Source: Octopus bimaculoides (lineage: Eukaryota). Taken from it: 64,000 bases of DNA. The translations under genes and the position numbers were made by a program. The stretch covers positions 158,044,842 to 158,108,841 of the forward strand of contig NC_068983.1 of NCBI RefSeq assembly GCF_001194135.2. The letters run 5' to 3'. The stretch's first letter is position 1. The number at the start of each line of letters is the position of its first letter. Positions 56,900 through 64,000 of this stretch are shown in pieces. Below the pieces are notes generated by a model. That model saw only the letters and a list, made by a program, of their open reading frames with translations, searched no databases and had not been told where the DNA came from.

Positions 56900-57990
56900 A
56901 CAATAAACCGCAATGAAAAGCATCAATTACGGTCAAATTGTAATAGTAGAAACGCTTATGATGTAGCTAATATAGTAACAACATCGGAAAATGAATCATA
57001 ACTGCCATATATACAAATAAATATGATAAATGCTCATGCAGAGAAAAATTAAAATGCTCATTGATGAACATCTGTATGAGTACGAATCTTGTATATAAAT
57101 GTACCGTGCACACAAAGGGTGCACCGTATGTTTGGGCAGACACTGATTCATTTAAGAATCGTTATCGCAACCATGTCGCCAGCTTCACGAGAATCAATAA
57201 GAGACATTCAACATCTTTGGCCGATTTTGTACAGCAGCTGAAGGAAGACAAAATTAAGTTCAACATAACTTGGTCCCTAGTAAGGCACGCAAAACAATAC
57301 AATATCATTTCCAAGAGATGCCGACTCTCTCTGCGGAATCCCTGTCTATCTTGTGGACCAACGAGAAGATCATTAATAGAATCTCTGAAAAACTCTCAAG
57401 ATGACAACAGGTATATAAAGGTATTTTCGCACAATACAGTGGGAATGAATTTAAGTAACTGTTAACATAATTTACTTTAAGGTATGGATGAATTAAGTTT
57501 AGCCTTAATCTCCCCATTTCTATAAACACCTAGTAGCTATTTAACTCGCTTTGTGTTCATGAGTGCATCAAACTACGCGTGTGCGTATGCTTACATTTTC
57601 GCGGGTGCTTGTATAAGCGAGTGTGCATGCACCATGCAACTTGCGCGAGGGCATTTATGCACCCATATCTGTCAACGGTTATTTTAAATATTTTTCTCGC
57701 TGTATTGCGTGTTCATTTCTTTTTTGCACATGTGATTTTATTTTTGATCATCTATACAAATGAAGACATTTCCTTCGTTTTGCTGCTTTTTTTTCTACGA
57801 AATGAGAAGATACATTGCGGAACTGTTATTTTTACGAGTTGTATCTATTTATCACCCAATGAGACACATCTGCACTGCCAGATGCTCCTGGACCAGTTGT
57901 TAAGTGTCCCACCCGTGAGGGGTCGATGGTAGATGCGTCGAAACAATTGTCGGGATTAATAATTAAAATTCTCGTAGATTCTATTTTCCG
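56900..57990 (+). mobile_element. Degenerate Penelope-like element 3' portion: GIY-YIG endonuclease and pLTR-like tail
   Basis: ..CSCREKLKCSLMNICMSTNLVYKCTV..YVWADTDSFKNRYRNHVASF..HSTSLADFVQQLK..ITWSLVRHAKQY..KRCRLSL matches PLE GIY-YIG domains. Hammerhead-like GAAACAATTGTC at 57940-57951. Confidence 0.8.
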
Positions 57991-58003
57991 GCTTTCATTT
58001 ACC

Positions 58004-58061
<58 letters not shown>

Positions 58062-58390
58062 NNNNNNNNNNNNNNNNNNNNNNNNNNNNNNNNNNNNNNN
58101 NNNNNNNNNNNNNNNNNNNNNNNNNNNNNNNNNNNNNNNNNNNNNNNNNNNNNNNNNNNNNNNNNNNNNNNNNNNNNNNNNNNNNNNNNNNNNNNNNNNN
58201 NNNNNNNNNNNNNNNNNNNNNNNNNNNNNNNNNNNNNNNNNNNNNNNNNNNNNNNNNNNNNNNNNNNNNNNNNNNNNNNNNNNNNNNNNNNNNNNNNNNN
58301 NNNNNNNNNNNNNNNNNNNNNNNNNNNNNNNNNNNNNNNNNNNNNNNNNNNNNNNNNNNNNNNNNNNNNNNNNNNNNNNNNNNNNNNNNN

Positions 58391-58442
<52 letters not shown>

Positions 58443-59021
58443 TGTGTACATGAATAATATTGGTATATTGTACGAAGTACTGAATGTTGAGCTTCATTTA
58501 AACATTTTTTCATAATTTAAAATCTTAGACCTTGATGTTTATCAATGTTAGCGTTATTTCAAACAACATTGGCAAGTATACAACAATGCTTGGAAATAGC
58601 CGAAATGCAATTGTTGCTGGAGTACTTTCACTCTGACAAATCTAATGATCCAGTTCGTTTTTTTGAAAACTTCAAAATGATCATAAACCGTACAATTTTG
58701 CATTATAACTTTTGAATACTTATATATACACAGTATATATAAACACATTCGAATGAAAAATATAATGTTTAACCTTTTTGAAGGGAATCCAGTATGCGAC
58801 AAAACTGTTGCGCCTCCCTTATCTTGTCCCTGGTGATTATCAACTGAATAAAGTGTAAAACCACATCAGATAGACACAGGAACAACCACTAGACGCTCTG
58901 CTGCCATTTAGAAAGCCTTCGCTATGGTGATGACCTGACAGTCCTCGCCTCATTCAATTTCCGACCTTGTTCTTCAATATTGCTGAACATGAATCACTTA
59001 TGTTAAATGATTTCTAATCTT

Positions 59022-59058
<37 letters not shown>

Positions 59059-59404
59059 GTGTCTGTCTGTCTGTCTGTCTATCTGCAAATAAATGTACAC
59101 ACACACACACACTGTTGACAGTCACGATGCTGTAAGAGAAAAAAAATCTCTTCATAGACACGTTGTCTTACAAACAATATATATCGGGGCCAGATGAATA
59201 TCATTCCAACAGCAACCCTTGAGAACGCCAGGTGTGTTTCGGCGTCTTTGAGCGTTATCAATGACATGTACTTCCTAGTCACATGCCTCAGATCTCTCCT
59301 CTCTGATATACAGGAAATAGTTAATAATATATGGCTAAATAAAAACTTATAGAACATCGACCCCATCAACAGAGTATATATACGTTAAGTATATAGATGG
59401 CTAT

Positions 59405-59509
59405 TAGATGGCTATTTCAATTTAATGCTATTTAAATAGCCATAGATGGCTATTTCAATTTAATGCTATTTAAATAGCCATAGATGGCTATTTCAATTTA
59501 ATGCTATTT
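59405..59509. repeat. 38-bp tandem repeat, about 2.8 copies
   Basis: Unit atagatggctatttcaatttaatgctatttaaatagcc contains the inverted pair ggctattt/aaatagcc. Confidence 0.9.
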
Positions 59510-60063
59510 CAGTTGTGTACAGCGAGTTTTATTCAGCCCTGTCGCTTTCCACAATATCAGAGAGTGTATTATTCAGTTTCCTTTAAATCGGAAGGAACAG
59601 AGGTCGTCTAGGTTTGTGACTAGCGAATACACGTCGTTGGCCAGGATCAAGGAAGCCGAAATGCGCTTGGCAATTTTATGGGTCACTGTTGGGACAATTT
59701 CCGTGTGATTTCGAAACATATGGTGGTTCTGCTAACGATATCAGTACCAAAGAGTATTGAATTGTTTGTCAAATTAACTTAGGTTTTGAATTAATGTGTT
59801 TTTTTCTCATCTATATCAGTTACTCAGCATTTTTCGATACAATGTACACAGAATAACGCGTTAAAAATGATACAGTATATCTTCAAATTTTAAAAGTCTT
59901 ATTATACACGGGAAAACAAAAACAATATTGAAACTGTTTTAAGACAGACAAGCACGAATGACACGTGTGCATTGTACTTAATGCCACAGGAATTCGAATG
60001 CACTGACATGGAGCATTAAAAACATTCAACTTTTCTAAACATCCCATCAAAAATACCCCGCGG

Positions 60064-60385
60064 GCAGGCGTGACAGTGAAGTATGAAATTAGCTTTCTTA
60101 CCACATAGTTTCGGGTTCAGTCCCACTTCGTGGCTCCATGTGCAAATCTCTTCTGCTACAGCCACGGGCCGACCAAAGCCGTGCATGTCTTTGTCTTTCT
60201 TCCCGGCATCTACCACTGCTTGACAGTCGGCGTTTGCTTACGCCTCCATAACTTAGCGGTTCGGCAAAATGATTCAATACAATAAATACCAGACTTTAAA
60301 AAGATTCGTTTGACTAAACGCTTCAAGGCAGTGCTCAAGCATGACTGCAGTACAAAACTGGAAGAGTGTAAAAAATAAAAGGTAA
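60064..60385 (+). mobile_element. SINE family B copy lacking the internal microsatellite
   Basis: Head, core and tail are collinear with other B copies, but there is no repeat tract at the usual position (about 60180). Confidence 0.7.
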
Positions 60386-61764
60386 AAAGATAGAAAAATA
60401 TTGCGACTAGCTTCGAAAACTTGAGCACACCTGCAAAGGATACGCGGCACATGAGCGTACCGTAACTCAGTGGTTGAAAACTTCTGTACTATCCGCTGTT
60501 CAGATAGTACTAGAGTCTTATCAAATTTTTCATGTATGATTATTAATTATAGAGCACCAATGGGATATGATGATGCATCGGATATAAAAACTACTCTGAG
60601 GTTAAACCAGAATTTGTTAAAGAAGCCTCAAAATGAGATGCTAGTGAAAAAGAAACGACAATATCAATGATCCTAGTGTGTGGTAAAAAGAAATGTTTCG
60701 GATAGTTTCTCGGTATATATTTAACGGGCATATACTTGAAGATGGTAGCTTTGGAGATATACAAAATGTGCTAAAGATATTAAATTACTGGCGCGACTTG
60801 GGAATATGTACTGGAAGACGTTAGTCTCATGTGTTCACTGCACTATCATTGCAATCTGGTTGAAGAAGAAAAGGAATTTGGGATAGATGATGTATAGTAT
60901 GCTACTCTTTCAATGCTTCACTGCAAATAAAATGAGATTAGCCTTATGCTCCAGGGATTAAGGAAGTAGGAAATATATGCCTGTCTTTTACTATGTCAAA
61001 CTGATGCAAATTTTACAGCCAGTATATGTGTATGTATAGGTGTGCGTACTCACGCGAACACAGACACACACACGCTCACACACTCACACACACAAATACA
61101 AAAATGTACATATACTCGTATACATACATTTTTTATACATACACTTACACACGCACACACAAACTCACGCATATATATCGTATGGAAAGGGAATCTATTA
61201 TTGGTGACATTCATGCCTTTCCCAGGAGTATTTATGATATAAGAAAATAAAATGGCTTGAAATGGTAATAACTGAGTCATCGACTCGGAATGTAAGGGAA
61301 TAAAGTGACATACTAAGGACCTCAGCAATATGACCGGGTTAACTATCTACATACATGTACACACACACACACACACACATTTTACATACATATGTATACA
61401 CATAGACACACAAATACTTGGGATAAACAATTATATACTGAAGGTGCTGCTGCAGTCCGACTTGAAGGAGTAAATATCCCAACAGGCGCTGAAGTAGTTC
61501 TGTAGGTGTTTCAGCCCACCACTACACCAGAGAACCAGGGCCACCTACTGATATAGGTGTTGAAACTTCTGTACAACAAACAGCTCAAAATTTGTAGCCA
61601 GATATTTCTGTAAACGTCGATGCTTGAATTTATTCGAAGGGTATTCTTTACTATATTAGCCGCACCAGGTGTTGTCCTCCACTCTCTCTCTTTCTCTCTC
61701 TCCCTCTCTTTCTCTTTCTCTCTCTCCCTCTCTTTCTCTTTCTCTCTCTCCCTCTCTCTCTGTG

Positions 61765-61803
<39 letters not shown>

Positions 61804-61949
61804 CAGATATGGTAGCTAGCTTTCTGCACAGCTTCTGAAAATTTCATCGAAATTTATTTTCACTGCATTGTAGCTAGTACAAGACTCTTGAGAAGCGAAT
61901 GGACGCTTGTTCCAATAAATCCTATCTTCAAAAAAAAAAAAGGCTTTGT

Positions 61950-63053
61950 TGCCTTCCGTTTATTTTCGCATAAACCAGACAACTCACTGAATCTTCTGTC
62001 TTCCCTACCAAATGTATCATTGATGTTCGTCTTCTAGCTCTGTTATTTTTACAATATGACTAGGACATGTCTTTCGGTTAGAAAAAAAAAATGAGTGATA
62101 TTTAAGGCCAAGTTTTACTGCCACTTCCCTCGTACCCTTCCACTTTGGATTGAGCTTCTTTTTCAGAGGAACTAGGCTTCGCAGCATATACCTGCCGAGC
62201 AAAGTTTTATCGGCTAACTTTCCGCTTTCTCAACTTTCGGTATATAAATTCTTTTTATTCTTTCTTCATCAGCCATTACTGTAAGCATATATTATACCAC
62301 CATGTGTATCTGTATTGCAGGAGAGTAGGCAACAAGGGATTATTTGTTTCATTTTTCCAGCTTTCCCGCTTCTGCACAGATCATGCTTGATTTTCTAATG
62401 ATTTAGGTTTACGGGATTAAGAAACATGTCGTAGACGGAGCCGACCAAAAGATTGGTTCTGGCCATCTTTTCATCATAATTTTCATCATAACTCTTCTTG
62501 AGTCACACAGGCTCTCCGTTGACTACATTACACTCAATCCATATTAATATTACTCGCATCTTCCTTGAATCCACTGTCCCTTTTCTATGCTCATAATGTG
62601 ATATAGTCTAATCTTAAAATTTCCGATACCTTCACAATCGGTTCATGTAGGTTCCTCTATGTCACCATATTCTAGAGATACAACAAAATTCTCCGTCGCC
62701 TCAGATGCAATCAGTTTTCTCCTACTCTTAACCTCTGGTTGTCAGGAATGAATGACATTATAGAGTCAGTATCTAACCACTTACCGAGTACTGATGGAAT
62801 AGATAATTCCAGAGGACCATTTTTATTGTACACATGCACAGGTCTATGGTTAATTTAACCAATGGTCATTGCAATCTGGTGTACAGTGTAAACTGCATAC
62901 ACTTGTGTGAGGGCAATGTCTTGTCATTAGTGAAGCGTCCATCCTCTGTCAATTCTGGATTTGATCCCTTCACATTTATCGTCAAATAACCTATAGTACG
63001 TCTCGCCTTGCTCTTCACAGACACATACATATGGTAGACAAGATTTCTCCTGC
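61950..63053 (-). mobile_element. Heavily decayed, internally deleted Gypsy-like LTR retrotransposon relic (protease and integrase C-terminal GPY-like module)
   Basis: WLDTDSIMSFI (62747-62779) plus ILRLDYI resemble the aspartic-protease DTG and ILGLD motifs. KKLNPKWKGTREV (62122-62157) resembles the KL.PKW.GPY.V module. Many stops. Confidence 0.5.
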
Positions 63054-63070
63054 AATATTCTACTTAATTT

Positions 63071-63501
63071 AAGGCGGCGAGCTGGCAGAAACGTTAGCAC
63101 GCCGGGCGATATGCTTAGCGGTATTTCGTCTGCCGTTACGTTCTGAGTTCAAATTCCGCCGAGGTCGACTTTGCCTTTCATCCTTTCGGGGTCGATAAAT
63201 TAAGTACCAGTTACGCACTGGGGTCGATGTAATCGACTTAATCCCTTTGTCTGTCCTTGTTTGTCCCCTTTGTGTGTAGCCCCTTGTGGGCAATAAAGAA
63301 ATAAGAAACGTTAGCACGCCGGGTGAAATGCTTAGCGGTATTTCGTCTGTCTTTACGTTCTGAGTTCAAATTCCGCTGAGGTCGACTTTACCTTTCATCC
63401 ATTCGAGGTCGATAGATTAAGTACCAGTTGCGTACTGGAGTCGATCTAATCGACTGGCCTACTCCCCCAAAATTTCGGGCCTTATGCCTAGAGTAGAAAA
63501 G
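63071..63501 (+). mobile_element. Composite (dimeric) SINE A, young, with perfect 17-bp TSD
   Basis: TSD aatattctacttaattt at 63054-63070 and 63502-63518. Monomer 1 spans 63073-63303; monomer 2 starts at 63304 and lacks the first ~15 nt. Confidence 0.92.
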
Positions 63502-64000
63502 AATATTCTACTTAATTTCTTTCTGCTTCCCTTTTGGTGAAGATTACACTCCGCGATTTATTTAGGTAACTTCCAAGAGCTTGAGGGAAACATATGTGTA
63601 AAAAGACTACGTCAGATACAAGGGCAGAAGATATTCTATCACCATTTTCGCGTACCAAAACATATACAGAAAGTAACAAAGTATGGCCACAGAATATTTT
63701 AAAACAAATCTTTTAGTCTTTACTTCTTTTAGTCATGGAAATATGACCATACTGGAGCACTGCTTTGAATAAATCGTTTTTTTCTTTTTGCAAAGTGCTA
63801 TGTTGCAAGACGTAAAGAAAGAACGGTTGTCAAGCAATGTGAAGGAAAACAGAAACGCACTCACGAACACTGACACATTGATACGACGAGCTTTCAAATA
63901 GTTTTAACTGACTAAATTTGCTCACAAGGCATCGGTCGGTTCGGGCCATTTGGAGACGGCATTTACACGAAGCGCCACGTAGTGGAGCTGAACCTGAAAC

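Larger units (their letters stand above)
10638..58390. other. 13 assembly gaps: 10638-10971, 16519-16680, 17132-17947, 20362-20571, 23777-24284, 25203-25447, 31752-32332, 33300-33659, 34102-34111, 37791-38038, 40547-40949, 41493-42361, 58062-58390
   Basis: Runs of N; most abut (TA)n, (CA)n or (CT)n tracts. Confidence 0.98.

Noticed and set aside
59079-59369. 96-aa minus-strand ORF with possible splice sites
   Set aside because: No recognisable motif; starts within SINE-like decayed sequence and ends in a microsatellite.
9745-59509. CRISPR-like arrays (29, 21, 18 and 38-bp repeats)
   Set aside because: Units are directly adjacent with no unique spacers, the context is eukaryotic, and there are no cas genes.
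61440-61680. Coding-looking fragment (TEGAAAVRLEGVNIPTGAEVV..)
   Set aside because: Interrupted by stops and a frameshift; could not be assigned.
62000-62290. Third Penelope GIY-YIG / pLTR
   Set aside because: KKLNPKWKGTREV fits a Gypsy integrase GPY-like module better.

Overview
AT-rich eukaryotic (animal) genomic DNA, saturated with microsatellites and broken by 13 N-gaps. The SINE families and repeat landscape suggest an octopus/coleoid cephalopod draft assembly (inference). Nearly all ORFs in the supplied track are artefacts of microsatellites or gaps. The only host-gene coding signal I can support is one minus-strand exon (34622-34740). It encodes a signal peptide ending G-M-W-W, split in phase 2 at a perfect GTAAGT donor, which is the architecture of a Wnt first coding exon. 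A TATA/CRE-like promoter candidate lies about 2.5 kb upstream. I found no further Wnt exons in the sequenced portion. The rest is a transposon graveyard. It holds at least four tRNA-derived SINE families and two R4/Dong-like RLE fragments stacked in (AAT)n. It also holds RTE and Tx1/L1-like LINE fragments, two Penelope-like relics (one with a decayed hammerhead) and a Gypsy relic. DNA elements include a MULE derivative, mariner MITEs and a GG-terminated MITE with an 8-bp TSD. The most interesting structure is a composite SINE whose internal tail matches the 3' end of a Tx1-like LINE in the same window, including a compensatory stem change. All family assignments come from motif recognition by eye; no database search was run.
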